A program made the translations under genes and the position numbers. A stretch of 62,124 nt of DNA, counting the filler, from Platydemus manokwari (taxonomy: Eukaryota), in NCBI GenBank assembly GCA_037951405.1. It is 5 parts of 5 records of this genome, joined end to end, with 100 filler letters (N's around TTAATTAATTAA, not from the genome) between each part and the next. Parts side by side here need not be neighbours in the genome. Positions count along the whole stretch, not along the records: positions 27,617 to 50,430 come from JBBMOY011166990.1; 4 more parts are not named here. The stretch is one strand, 5' to 3'. How positions within the stretch are numbered: position 1 is the first letter of the stretch; every line of letters starts with the position of its first letter. The notes beneath the pieces are model-generated. The model ran no database searches. It saw only the letters and a list, made by a program, of their open reading frames with translations, and had not been told where the DNA came from. Below, piece after piece: positions 27,517-41,036 of the stretch.

Positions 27517-27616
27517 NNNNNNNNNNNNNNNNNNNNNNNNNNNNNNNNNNNNNNNNNNNNTTAATTAATTAANNNNNNNNNNNNNNNNNNNNNNNNNNNN
27601 NNNNNNNNNNNNNNNN
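27517..27616. other. Artificial contig linker
   Basis: N44-TTAATTAATTAA-N44. Confidence 0.95.
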
Positions 27617-28774
27617 GTTTGTTTTAAATAAATGACTACCTTAAACTAAAAATCATAGATCATTCGATAAATTCTTTATTGATTTCATCAACAATATTTT
27701 TACAATTACCACAAAAATTGTTATCTATTAAATTTTCAAAATAAATGTTGCATTATCGATTTGTTACAAATTGGAAAAGCTGTCTACTGATTCTATAACC
27801 TTTGTATCAATATTCAAAAAGTTGAAAATATCAACAATAAATCCAGCATGCGTAAACAAATATTTACCAGGCAATTCACAGTGTGGCTCTTTTATTGTAT
27901 GTGCATTGGAATGATATCTTGAATATTAAAACAAATCTGTGGACATCCAGAATTTTTGTTAAAAATACTTTTTGATAATATTTTTGTAGCCGATTGTAAT
28001 TATAAATGTAAAAGCGGATCCATTGTGTATTATAAGTAATGTAAAATGACCGAAAAATCGAATAGTGGACTGCCTGATACTAAAACAGCTTGATACTAAA
28101 TATCTATGGCTCTATTTAGGATTTGAATAAATGAAAATTTTCCACTTTTTATTTGATATCGATATAGTTAAATTTTTGCGCATTGGTTGGCTTGCATCTT
28201 TTGTTTGATGAAAGAGTTTCAGCGAAGAAAACCCTTTATTAAAGTTATCAATTTAATATTCAAACGTATTTTCTCAGCTGAAATTTATTAAATTATAGTG
28301 ACTAATTGGAGCAGATACCTGTGACTAAGGTTAGTCGATTACATAATTCTTGTTTTAATTGTACCCGCATACCATTATTAATTATTTTGAGAAATTTAGG
28401 TTTTATTATTAATCTTGGCAACAATACTAGATAAATAATGTTGATAATACAATGAAATCGTTTGAAATTATCCTTTCCAGTGTTTGTTCTAAGCATGAGT
28501 AATCTATTCGAAAAATCTGAGAATAAAAATAAACCTGATAAAATTTTTAATCGATTATTAGATTATTTACTCAGCATTGTTTGCACAAAACAATCAAGAT
28601 AATGCTGACTAATTGGTTCATTAATATATTTATTTTATTTTATTCGATATCATTGTTTGATGTTGTTCGTCACTACTATCGAGTAGTAAATTGTGACCTG
28701 TAATATTATTTTTATCTTAACAAATTGGTTCGCTCATTCCAAGATAATTCTCGATTTTACAATTCACATTTTCA

Positions 28775-29788
28775 ATGATCTTATACAAACCTACAAAAAG
28801 AAAGCTTTTGATTTTAATTTATTATCTCATTCCAATAGTGGGGATATTTGAAATTATTACAATTTATCGTTTCAATTTCTTAAAACCCCCAAATTCATTC
28901 ACGGATTTTGATTATCCCTCAACGGTAAATTTCCATCGACTTCTTCAACTCAACGATACATCAAAATTTCCCAAACTGATCAAATATCGACCGAAACTTC
29001 TCCATACTGTTGAGTGGGAAGATTTTGAAAACATTAAATTGATGATTTTTGTCAAATCTGCGATGGATAATTTCGAGAAACGTACAGAAATTCGTCGAAG
29101 TTGGTCATCGTTCAATTGTCGAATGATATTCAATTTTCATGTATATTTCGTAATGGGAGAAAATAATAAAGTCAATAATAGAGAAAAAGAAATCCAAAAT
29201 CAAGTTCAAAACGAAAAGATGGAATACCATGATATTTTGCAGTTCAATTTCCATGACCATTATTATAATAATACATATAAATTAATAGCGATATTAGATT
29301 ATTTTGTTACCTATCATGACAATATTTCGTATATTTTAATTGTTGATGATGATTATTTTATCAATCCACTAGAATTGATGAACACTATTGAATCAGAAAT
29401 TACCTCAGAAGAATTTCCATCATTCGTCGGTGGTTATGTATGGTATCAAAATAAACCCATACGATTCAAAGCCAACAAGTGGTACGCTTCATATGATACA
29501 TATCCATACGAGTTCTACCCGCCATATGTAACTGGCGGTTTTGTTTTAATGTCCAATGTAATGGCGAGAAAATGCAACAAATTACTCCAGTATTTACAAT
29601 ATCTACCGTTTGAAGATGTTTTAATTGGAATTTTATTATTTAAAATTAAAACGTACCCGACTCATATGAAAAATGTATTTGTATCAGAGATGAAGAATTT
29701 TCCTAACTCATTAATTGCTGCACATGGTTGTCCTCAGAGTTGTCTTAAATATTGGTGGATTCATCATTATTATAGAAATTGTCAATGA
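28775..29788 (+). CDS. GT31-family beta-1,3-galactosyl/GlcNAc-transferase (Galactosyl_T, brainiac-like), single exon, 337 aa
   Basis: N-terminal type II TM helix. GT31 motifs FVKSAMDNFEKRTEIRRSW, EYHDILQFNFHDHYYNNTYK, VDDD (DxD), YPPYVTGGFVLMS and FEDVLIG. Confidence 0.92.
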   Translation: MILYKPTKRKLLILIYYLIPIVGIFEIITIYRFNFLKPPNSFTDFDYPSTVNFHRLLQLNDTSKFPKLIKYRPKLLHTVEWEDFENIKLMIFVKSAMDNFEKRTEIRRSWSSFNCRMIFNFHVYFVMGENNKVNNREKEIQNQVQNEKMEYHDILQFNFHDHYYNNTYKLIAILDYFVTYHDNISYILIVDDDYFINPLELMNTIESEITSEEFPSFVGGYVWYQNKPIRFKANKWYASYDTYPYEFYPPYVTGGFVLMSNVMARKCNKLLQYLQYLPFEDVLIGILLFKIKTYPTHMKNVFVSEMKNFPNSLIAAHGCPQSCLKYWWIHHYYRNCQ

Positions 29789-31369
29789 ATATTTAAGATC
29801 TAAGATTCCAAACATTTATATATTAAAATTTTTAATTAAAATTTTATTTTTAGAAAATTACTTATGTTTCGAATAGATTATTATTATTATTTTTATTATG
29901 TTTTTAATTGATGACTTTCAGTAGTTGTGTTATTTATTATTAGCATTATTTAGTTTATTAATCATATTGGAGATCAAATTAAAGTAACATATTATCATTT
30001 AAATTTATTATCGGTGTATAGTTCAGCTATGATTTATATATTTATTTATTAAAATTCATTTATAAAATTTAATTTATAAAAATATTTTTTCTCGTTGTTT
30101 ATATATTTGAGAGTTGAATATTCCAATATTTTAATTTGAGCGATTGCTTTTAACTCCAATGAATGATAATGTGCTTATTTAACTTTATAGCAACGATTCG
30201 TAATCGAGTTTTTGAATTTTGTATAATAAGATTTTGTTTTATTTTCATTTTGTTACCTAATATCTTAAAAGACATACATCATTTATAGAATTTTCATTAT
30301 ATATTGATCATGTTTTGATTTATTATTCTTTTACTCACTTATGTCAATTAAATATTTGTATATCATTGAGTATCATATGACAATCTTGGTTTTGATAGGG
30401 ATTAAATTTATTTTATTTTAAATTTAAATTTTAAATTTATTTTATTTAAACGCATTTTGAGAATAGCCCTCTGCACACACATGATTACAAACCTGTGTCT
30501 GTTGCAAATCTTCACCATTAATTTGAGTTGAATTTTACTTATCGAAAAATATTAAATTTGCAGAAGATCGATAAATTAAAACACAGAAATTTTTATGTAA
30601 TCAATATTACTGTGAAGATTAAATGTAGATATTAAAAAAACTATATGTTTGTTTTGAGGTGTATCTATGTGTTCTACGATTTCTTTTTCTTTCGATAAAA
30701 TTTAATATTTTTACTGACAATAAATAGTTCATTAAACAAAAATCACTGAAATCCAAAAATTAAAACCGAAATTAATTCAGTTTTATCTGAAAATAGTAAC
30801 ACATGATGCTAAGCATATAATATTACTAAAAATAGCCACATGACGCATAAAATACACACATGAAATAAATTGAAATACCATATAAACGAGTGAAACCGGT
30901 AACAATGCACATAAAAAGTTTCGTACAAAATTTTAACTCTACAAGTTTTTAATCACACAAAATTATTTGAACGAATTTTATTATTATTTCGTTATTTGTT
31001 TGTATTGACAAGTTGACATTTATTATTTCACAAGCTAATTATTTTGAAGAAATAGTTTAAATATATTAATGAGTAAATTTTTCATTGTAATTGTACTTAA
31101 GATTAAACCCGCGGCTGTTTCCAATATTTTGTTCTTTTAAAATCTCATAGGAAGCTTACACCTGATTTCCCACTTTCATTTTTCTATAAAGAGGCTTGTC
31201 CTGCCAACTAGGTTACACGCTCCTTAGTGTTTTCTTGAAATTACTGTATATCCACAATATATTTATGTATCAGCTGCTTGTTGATACAAAATTATCTTTA
31301 TTAATTAAATGTATTTATCATGTTATCTCATTTTCTATTCATTGTTATATAATTAGTATTTATATTTTA

Positions 31370-33250
31370 GGGAATGGTTGCGCTATCTCAATGCTTATTT
31401 TCAATATTGCCATAAACCCGGTATTAATCCAAATGGAACACTCAAAAAATTGTGGAATCATGCTAGCAAAGAATCACATCACTGGCCTATGCCGATGATA
31501 TTGCAATTATCTCCAAAAGTAGCGAAGAATGTCAAATGTTAATTAACCAGTCTCTGCCAATCGTGGACTAATTGAGCATAAACTTCAAACCAAACCAGTG
31601 TTGTCACATGTGGACCATGAAATCGAAACAACAGTCCAGTGGCCTTCAAATCAATAGCCAGCAAATACCGCAAATGCAATTAGAAGAACATTACAGATAT
31701 TTAGGGGTTAACTTTACCCTAAATCTGTATAATTCAATAGACAGTCTTGAAGTGGAACTAAAAGAAAGTCGCTGACTGTATTCTGCTACAACGGCAAAAA
31801 CCCCATGCCTACAGTATGTTTGTTCATAGCAAATTGATCTTTTTTGCCAGGACTTACTATGTTACATATACCAAGTTGGAGAGGTTGGACATCCAATTGC
31901 GGAAAATATTGAAAAAGATAATCAGTGTACCAAAATGTTGCTCAACGTACTTCTTATACTCGACGAAATCAAACAGTGGTAGTGGATTGCAAAGCATAGT
32001 AGCAGAATTCACAATCCAATCAATATCAAATGGGCTAGCAATCTTAAACAGTAAACAAAAATTTATTAGGGAAATTGCAAAGGAGTCCCTACAAAAGGCT
32101 TCTGCTCAAAACTTCGTGGAATCATTAAACTGGTTAAATTCCAACCCAAGGACCAGAGAAAAGAAGCACTCGTGGTAGGACAAGATTAGTGAGTCCATCA
32201 GATATACACAAATCAAAATGTTTACCACAGTCAACTTCCAAATCATCGACGGATAAGTTGGTATCAGAATCTATTAATGCATCAGCACAAAAGAAGAATC
32301 ACTGGGCCAAAATAACCTGAAAAACTGCCAAAACTACTCCGACAATATTTCAGCAGAAGTTATCAACTTCACTGGGCCAAGCAAATTTGATGTGGCAGAT
32401 ATACAAAGATATTTCCGGAAATAACTACAACGAAGGACTTTCAATAGCAGAGTTTTCCTTTGTACACCAAGCACGGTCTGACGCACTGGCAACTCTCAAC
32501 AAGAAGTTCATGCTGGGCCAACAGTCCCGAAAATACTTATATGAAGTAGAATCCCAGGCACATGCTTTCACTAAATGTAATGTGTCTCATTCATATATTC
32601 TCAATCGACATACTCGAATAATTGAAATTTTGGCTAAATACATCAATAACTTTACTGAAAAATCCTGTCAACTTACCGGATCAAAGCTGAGCGTGGATTT
32701 GCAGGTAATTAATAACAGGACGAGCTGTATCAATCTAGTTGACGTCAAATGCCTCATGGATGAACCGCGACTAATGAACAATGTGGATGAAGTCAAATTA
32801 CAAAAATACGAAGATCTGTGGAAAGAGGTGAAGAAAGCCAAACCAGATTGGAATGTGAAACTTCATATCTATGTGATTGGAGTACTGGGGATATGGGCAT
32901 CAAAAAATGAAACCGTACTACGCAAACTAGGTTCCAAAAGAGATACTACTGAAAAGGTAAGATATGATTGCAGCAGGTCCAACATCAACTCTGCATACCA
33001 ATAGTGGCAATTTCACCAAGGGAAAGCCACTATCTATTCAAAGTATAGGATCGAATTGGATCAGAACGATAACATCTCTGACGACGAATTTGCAGATTTT
33101 GCGAATGAAGAGACATCCAAAGAACTTGGATGGACAATGACGAGAAAAGGAAAGCGTGCCGAGGATTAAAAAGCGAAGCTGTGATAATATTCCCTGCCAC
33201 TTAGTGGTGAAGGTGTCAGACATGTCATTAAAAAATTGTTGTAAAAATAA
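31370..33250 (+). mobile_element. Decayed, 5'-truncated non-LTR retrotransposon with C-terminal restriction-like endonuclease (R2/R4/NeSL-type group)
   Basis: Frameshifted RT motifs GCAISMLIFNIAINP, LAYADD (YADD 31488-31499), INFKPNQC, YRYLGV, GSGL. Then the remnant zinc-knuckle ESQAHAFTKC..RH and RLE motifs (P>V)DL..., LVDVKC, KLQKY, VIGVLGIW. Multiple stops. AATAAA near 33246. Confidence 0.88.
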
Positions 33251-36200
33251 ATCTTCTTACTATTGATTTTATTATCCGGGAATTATTTAACAACAACCAC
33301 CCATATCTGTTGAATTTCAGATAATTAAGTAAAAGATCATATAACCTTCTGACTCAATTTTATTTAAATTTTTCAAATCTTTAACAAAATAAACATTATC
33401 GAGTTAAGTAAGAGTTCATCGGAGTACATAGAGTACTTTCAAAAGGTAATAACAAAATGGCAAAAGGGAGGTAATAATAAAACCCACATAATTGCATAAA
33501 GCAATGTAAAAGGAGACAGCATCAACTCCAGGAATGCAAAGACATGGAAAAGCAAACATAGAAACAATTTTTAGATAACGCAAATGTACATACATATACA
33601 TACATAGAAATGTCAAATGTTGGAAAGTGAATCGAATCAAATTCAGAACCAATATATCAATACAGACTTATAAAAATAATAGTTCGACCATTGTGTGGTT
33701 GAGAAAACCATAACATGGGCATGCTCATACTCTAATCAGTTAGCAATTAAACAGATGGTGTATCAGAATATGAAAAATTTCAGGGAAAAATTTGATAAAG
33801 TTGAATGGATATATAAAGACTTAATCAATTTATAATTTCAAATGTTAAAAATTATCATTTTAGATTTTCAAGGATTAAAATTACGATACAGAGTTTGAAA
33901 AATGATGGATTGTTTGAATTGTCATCCGAAACAAAGTACCGAAATTCAACTACTACATAAGCTGACGTGAAACGACCACAAATCACAAATTTGAAAATTA
34001 GTGAAAACTTCATAAATTTGAATTTAAGTGCATTTCAAAGTTACGAGAATAAGAGATCAATACAATTTATCGGAGTTTAAAGCCTGATAACGAAAGAAAA
34101 AAATAATCATTTCAACCTTTGGTAAAACATATTCTTTGGTTTACTAGGTTTCTAAATTTAATTTAACTTAAATCAAAACAATTTGAAAATTATGTGGAAA
34201 TTAATGAGAGTTTAATGATTATTGAAGCCTTATTAAAAGATGAGCTGAGTTATAATTTACTTTCACTAATAATATTCAATTAGTACATCTCACTCCAAAG
34301 ATACATGTATGTTATAAACAGATTATGAAGTTATTATAAATCAGAAATAGGATCAATGAATTGATTCAAATAAGTCATGATTATTATTATACTGAATACG
34401 ATTCAATAAATAATTATTAATTTAATTGAGTATTTTGTGGTTGTCATTAGCTTTTCATTGTTCTAAAGAGCTTCAGTAACCTGTATGAGGGCCAAGTTAC
34501 TGAAAAATTGCTGAAATATCTGAAGGTTGGAGCTATATAAATTATTGATTGTTGCAACAATAATTATTTGTTCCGTTGCAGCAAGTTTGGCTGGTACTAA
34601 ACGTACACAACAATATGTTAATAAAATTATTATTATTCAATGTGCGTGGAGATATAATGAATATATTGGGATTCCCACCCAATGCTTACCATATGATGTA
34701 TATATATACTTATATATATGATGTACATAAATGTATATACATAAGTAGCATACATAACAGAATGCCTTTGACCATGGACTCACCAATTTAGCTGAAAACA
34801 GAACTCAATTTATCCGAAACCAATCATCAATCCAGTCTAGCCTGAGTCGAGCTACAATGATGATTTGACAACTATATTACTCTTGATTTCTGACAATTGA
34901 TAACTGCTGATATTTACAATTATATTACTCTTGTTATATTGGTAAATGAATGATTTTTATAAGACTTTTGTGTATCGTTGTTTTTAATAATCGTTCGAGT
35001 CAATTATTAAGAGGATCATTCATAGAAAGAGGACATCTCATTCAATATCTGAGTAAGAGATATTTTATTTCGTATTATCACCTTTATTTAAGTAATGGTC
35101 ACGTTCTGTAAATTATTTAATATCTATTTTCATTATTAACCACCGTTGATAAATTATATGAATAACATTTTTGCCACCAAACTCTCTTCTCCATTATGCA
35201 TATCTTTCCTCCGTCCGCTTCGGTCTCTGCTGGCTACTTCCTCAGGCAACGTGTCGGCTATTTGCATCAATTTTTTTGTTCAAATTCTTCAACTGTGTTA
35301 CGTTTTATTTCTTAAAATATATTTATTTAAATCGATTGTGCTTATTTGAGTTCGAGTCGATAACCTTAACCAGTAGTTAATTAACTCATAAAGATTAACT
35401 CGCGTGATAATTTAAACGTAATAATTTAAATTGCATTATTGTGTGTCAGTCAATTTGGTTGAGGAGATTGATTGACAAATTTAATATTATAGCGTTCGAG
35501 ATCAGTGTTGGATATCATAAAGAAGGACTAAGTCATCAGCTGATTTAAACCTTTAGATAATACTAATGTTTAACTTACCAATAGCTAGGTCTTCATACTC
35601 GTTATCGAAGCCCCTTAAGAGCCAGTTAAAATACAGAACCAAAAAATTTACTTAATAAATATGATAATAAATTGGTTAACATTAATAAAATTTGTTTAGG
35701 AAAACGAAAGTTAAACAAGATTCAAAAGAAAACAAAAATTGTCAAAAATACGCAACACACTACGCAAGTAGATTGCGCAAAATATTCACAAAGGGGATAT
35801 CGGAAAACCAAATTAATGAATAAATAATATTTGCGATAACGATAATGTAATTAATTATAATATAAAATTTATTCACTCTCAAAAATCTTCTTCGTCAGTA
35901 GTGCTTGTAATAATCTTTGGCTCCGAATCGGAACTCAAAAATTTTTTTGGGGCGAATATTATTAAATGTTCTGTCTTTATACACTATTTTTCTTGTGCTT
36001 ATTTTGTTCTGTCTCTTTATTTTAATTTTTTATTTATTCTATAGTAATTTTTCGTTCATTCCATTTCAGTAACTGGTTATTATTTTTATTTGCTAATAAA
36101 CTATGCAACGATTTTATAACTTAACATTTTCATGTCTAGCTTCTATTTTATTCGCTTTTTGAAACATAAAGAAGTAATTTTTCTTAAAACAAAATGGCAT

Positions 36201-37424
36201 AGTAAAATTACATCATAATGTTTATATTTTAAAATGATAAAGGGTATAAATTGAAATAATGTCTGTGAGGATTATTTTAAATAAATATAAAACACATAAA
36301 TAGCTAAGTGACATCTGATAAACACAAAACATATTATTACGAACACGATAAAGATGCAGTGACAGGTTTTGATCTTATATGTTGATTTAAAAGAAACAAA
36401 ATCTTGAGAATCCATGAATAATTAATAAAATATAATAAATTGACAAGGACAATATATAAGTAGATTAATGGTGATTTTCGTTAAAATATTTAATTACTAT
36501 TTTTTATTGTCGCTGTTAGTAAATCATGGTAAATTATATTTTCTGCTTATCCCAGTTCACTAGTTCTATGATTTCAAATACATTTATGTATTGTATGACG
36601 ATGAACCATAGGTATATAATAGTTTGAATTAATCAAACTTCACCAAACTATATGTTGAGCAGCTGCTAACGGGAAAGCTTATAATTTCTATTTTGAAACT
36701 TCATTAATTTGTGTACAGTAATGGTGGCCAATCAATATTATTCTAGACTGTGCATCAATTGATCCAATATGATTTTATGGTTTAAAGAGAATTATGAATT
36801 AATGTTTGTGAGTTATATAATTACAAACTATAAAGTGATAATTAATTAATTATAAAAATTAGCTATCTAACTTTATAAATAGTATAAATTGTGATTGACA
36901 GTTTCAATCAGAAAACATTTTAGCGTTTCAGGCGCTTAGTTCTATTAAAAAGTCCTACACGTCTTGATAAATTACAATTCTCATCTTTCATCAATTTATC
37001 GATTACGCAACATCTTGTGCATCTGCGTTAATACATTTATCTTGACACTTTTATTTTCTGTTTAATTAAATCTTCAAATTATTGTCAATATAAGTAGTGT
37101 TGATTTTGTTTAAATTCATCAGAAAAATGAATATGTAATTTGAACATTTTGAAATTATAACAATATTATTAATCGAAATTCATTAATATAATATTATTAC
37201 TGACCGTTACTTTTATTTTATCATATTTATTAAGGTTCAATTTCATACATTTTCAAAATATTAGTTGAAGTTGAAATAAAAATTAATTAAAAATCATTAT
37301 TTAATTAAAAATTGTTAGATAACTGTGATTAAGATTAAAATAATAATTTTATACTATAATTATAATACAAATAAGAAATAATTATTTTAAAAACTTTATG
37401 AATTACAAAATTTTATTGAAACGT

Positions 37425-38318
<894 letters not shown>

Positions 38319-39676
38319 TTAAGAAGGATTCAAAAAATTTTATAATTAACTATATTAAAACAAAGTTTAAAATTTCGAAATTAAGCTATAGGTAGTCTTC
38401 ATTGAAATTTATAGATATTAATAATTATTTTAAATTATTTAATTAAATTTTGGGAAAAGAAATGTTAAAGTAATTAAAAATAATTAGTTATTGAATAAAT
38501 TTTAACATTAAATATTTTAAATAACAACGAATTGCATACAGAGGAAAAAAATTAGCTTCTACTGGAAGAAATAACCGGTAGGAAAAGAATTTATCGAACT
38601 AAGTAAGATTCCAAATAATAATAATCATCATTGGAAATGGTTCATCTATATTGTAAAATCTATAATATTTTTTTCTAAATCTATATTTCAGCACAAAAGA
38701 GATTTGCTATCAGAGCCTTTACTCGTTGACACTTGTTTTTAATGTGTGTGTTTAGGTAAAATTTTAATTTCGAGTAATTGAGAAATTAATCAATTTTAAT
38801 TAAATTGAAATTTTTCTTAAAAGAGAGGGATTTAATTTAGATTTCTGTATTACAACATTCGATTTTGTGTATTTATAGTATATTTAAATAAAAAATGCTG
38901 GAACAATCTTTGCTTTTGATTATTGCTTCATTTTGATTATAATATTATAATTCACTCAATTAGCCAATGGACATCACACTTCAACTCACGCTAGGATTGA
39001 ATAATAAAACCATGACCCAAATAGTTACTAAGTATGGGCATAACAGATAAGCAAGATTCAGCAATCTGTATAAGTAATAGTAATTTTTAATTTAAATATT
39101 TAAGTATAGGTTTTGAAAAATTTGTTAATTAGAGACCTAATCATGCAAAAGATAAAAGATTTTGCACCTTGGAACCCTTATTTTAGCATTTTAACCATTT
39201 GCTTACATACACAAACACACATACATAGCAATCAACCAATCGAAGACGACTTAAATGGAAAATTTTAATTCGAAAAAGGGACAGTCACACTGTAGCACGC
39301 AAATAGAGATTGACCAAAACCGAATATATAAAATCAATAGATTCAATTGGAATTTGAGAAATAAAAGATCAAATGAAAACGTGATACAGGCGTGATACAA
39401 AAATCACACACAAATGTAAAGTATAAATACTAATGTAAACACGCCCAGCTTTCAATTGGAAGCCAAGCTTTACGTTGTTGCTTTATATATTAATTATGGT
39501 ACTTGGAAGAAAAGTTGTGTTGATTTTTTATGCTAATTTTTCGTTGAATTTAGAGTTATTCGTGTTTATTCTGAGTAGAACGTATCTGTGGGGTACAAAT
39601 TGCAACATTCTATTTTTTAAACCCAAAAATTGAAAATTCTTTCAAAAATTCAAACACAATTTATATTTTAGTAAAT

Positions 39677-40214
39677 TGATAGAAAATAAAACTGCTCAAT
39701 TTAATATCATCAAATAATTGAAATGATTCACATTTTTGGTAGAAAAATCGAAGAGATAAGAAATTGTATAGATAGTACAAAAATGTTTGTGCAGTACATT
39801 ACATTAGCAAAGAACGAAATGACTTTATAAAATTCGGAACGATGATTTCTTTCTTGTATAACAAATTCTGTTAGGAATCATTAATTTCCATTAATTAAGA
39901 TAACATGTTCTGAAGTTGCGATTTTGATTCATTAGTGATTTGTGAATTGAATATTTGATTTGTGGAAAGTAAAGCTTACATTTTTACAAAAGGTAAACCA
40001 CATTAGTTATTATAACTTAGAAAATCACGCTCTAAATGATATATCGTAAACACATTTATTAAAATATACGTTCTCAATAAAGTATTCACTTCAATTTTTT
40101 ATAAACTAACTGGTTGAGCTAAACTGTACATTGTATAGTTGTCGTATAACTTAGTAAAGATTTTTGAATTAATTTGTATTTGTTCTTATTGTAAGAAACT
40201 AAGAAAACTAATCA
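39677..40214 (-). repeat. 3' LTR (complete, TG...CA)
   Basis: On the + strand it starts TGATAG and ends CTAATCA, which are imperfect inverted termini. It abuts the PPT. Confidence 0.85.
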
Positions 40215-40215
40215 A

Positions 40216-40222
40216 CCCCCTT
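40216..40222 (-). other. Polypurine tract (AAGGGGG) preceding 3' LTR
   Basis: The minus strand reads AAGGGGG-T-TGATTAG, so the purine run is 1 nt from the LTR TG. Confidence 0.65.
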
Positions 40223-40978
40223 GTTAGCAATGATATGATGTTCATAAATTTCAAACTAGTATTATTATTGAGTTAAAAATCATGAAACCTACAATTAAAA
40301 CCACTCATTTCTGGAATCATGAATTGCTGGTTGTTTTGTTTTCAGTTTCTGTTAAAATTTTTTTTTGAATTTTTCTGAGAATTTTCTGGATTTTTCAACA
40401 TATTTTAGCAGACCAATTGGACATCAGTATGTCAAATGCATACTTGTGACGTTTAAATTTCACTTTATTCGATATTTTTCTTCTAACTGGAGGTAGAGTG
40501 CCTAATGCACAAGTCTGACCGAGTTTCTTCTTGATATTCAAGTGCCATTTTCTCGTTTTTTGTCATTATTTATTTAATTTTCTTTCCGATTAAAGGAAAT
40601 TGTTCATTGATTTTCATTTTATATTATTTATATTATTGTTGATTATTGTTTCTATTTTACAAAACATTTAATAAAAGTTAATTAAAATAAAATCAAAATG
40701 AGAAAATTTTGTTCTCTAAGTTTATTAGTTAGGATCTTGGTTTTTGAAGAATTGGTTCTCATTTAATTCGAATCTCATGATTGATCAAATTTGTTAATTC
40801 TAAGTCAAATTTAGAAGCCATAAAATTTGAGCCACTTTATTTGCCCACTTTTCAATAAAATATTATTACCATTAACTCTTCAATGCTAATTCGATTTTGT
40901 CGCGATTGTGGTATTTTTTTTATCTATACCCATGACATTAATTGATTTTATTACTGCTAAGAATATGATATTGGTAGT

Positions 40979-41036
40979 GTCCTATTTTGGCTTTCTATGT
41001 GCCTCATCAGTGCCTCGGACCAAAGACAGATAGGAC
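40979..41036 (-). ncRNA. Type III hammerhead ribozyme, G12A core variant (probably inactive copy)
   Basis: Minus strand reads GUCCUA-UC-UGUCUU-UGGUCC-GAGGCA-CUGAUGA-GGC-ACAUAGAAA-GCC-AAAA-UAGGAC. Stem III is GUCCUAU/AUAGGAC with an AUC cleavage triplet. Stem I is 6 bp and the CUGAUGA core is exact. Stem II is GGC/GCC. AAAA replaces GAAA. Confidence 0.85.

Noticed and set aside
35200-35270. GC-rich patch with CCTC..GGCAAC resembling an HDV-like ribozyme
   Set aside because: I could not build the P1/P2/P3 nested pseudoknot.
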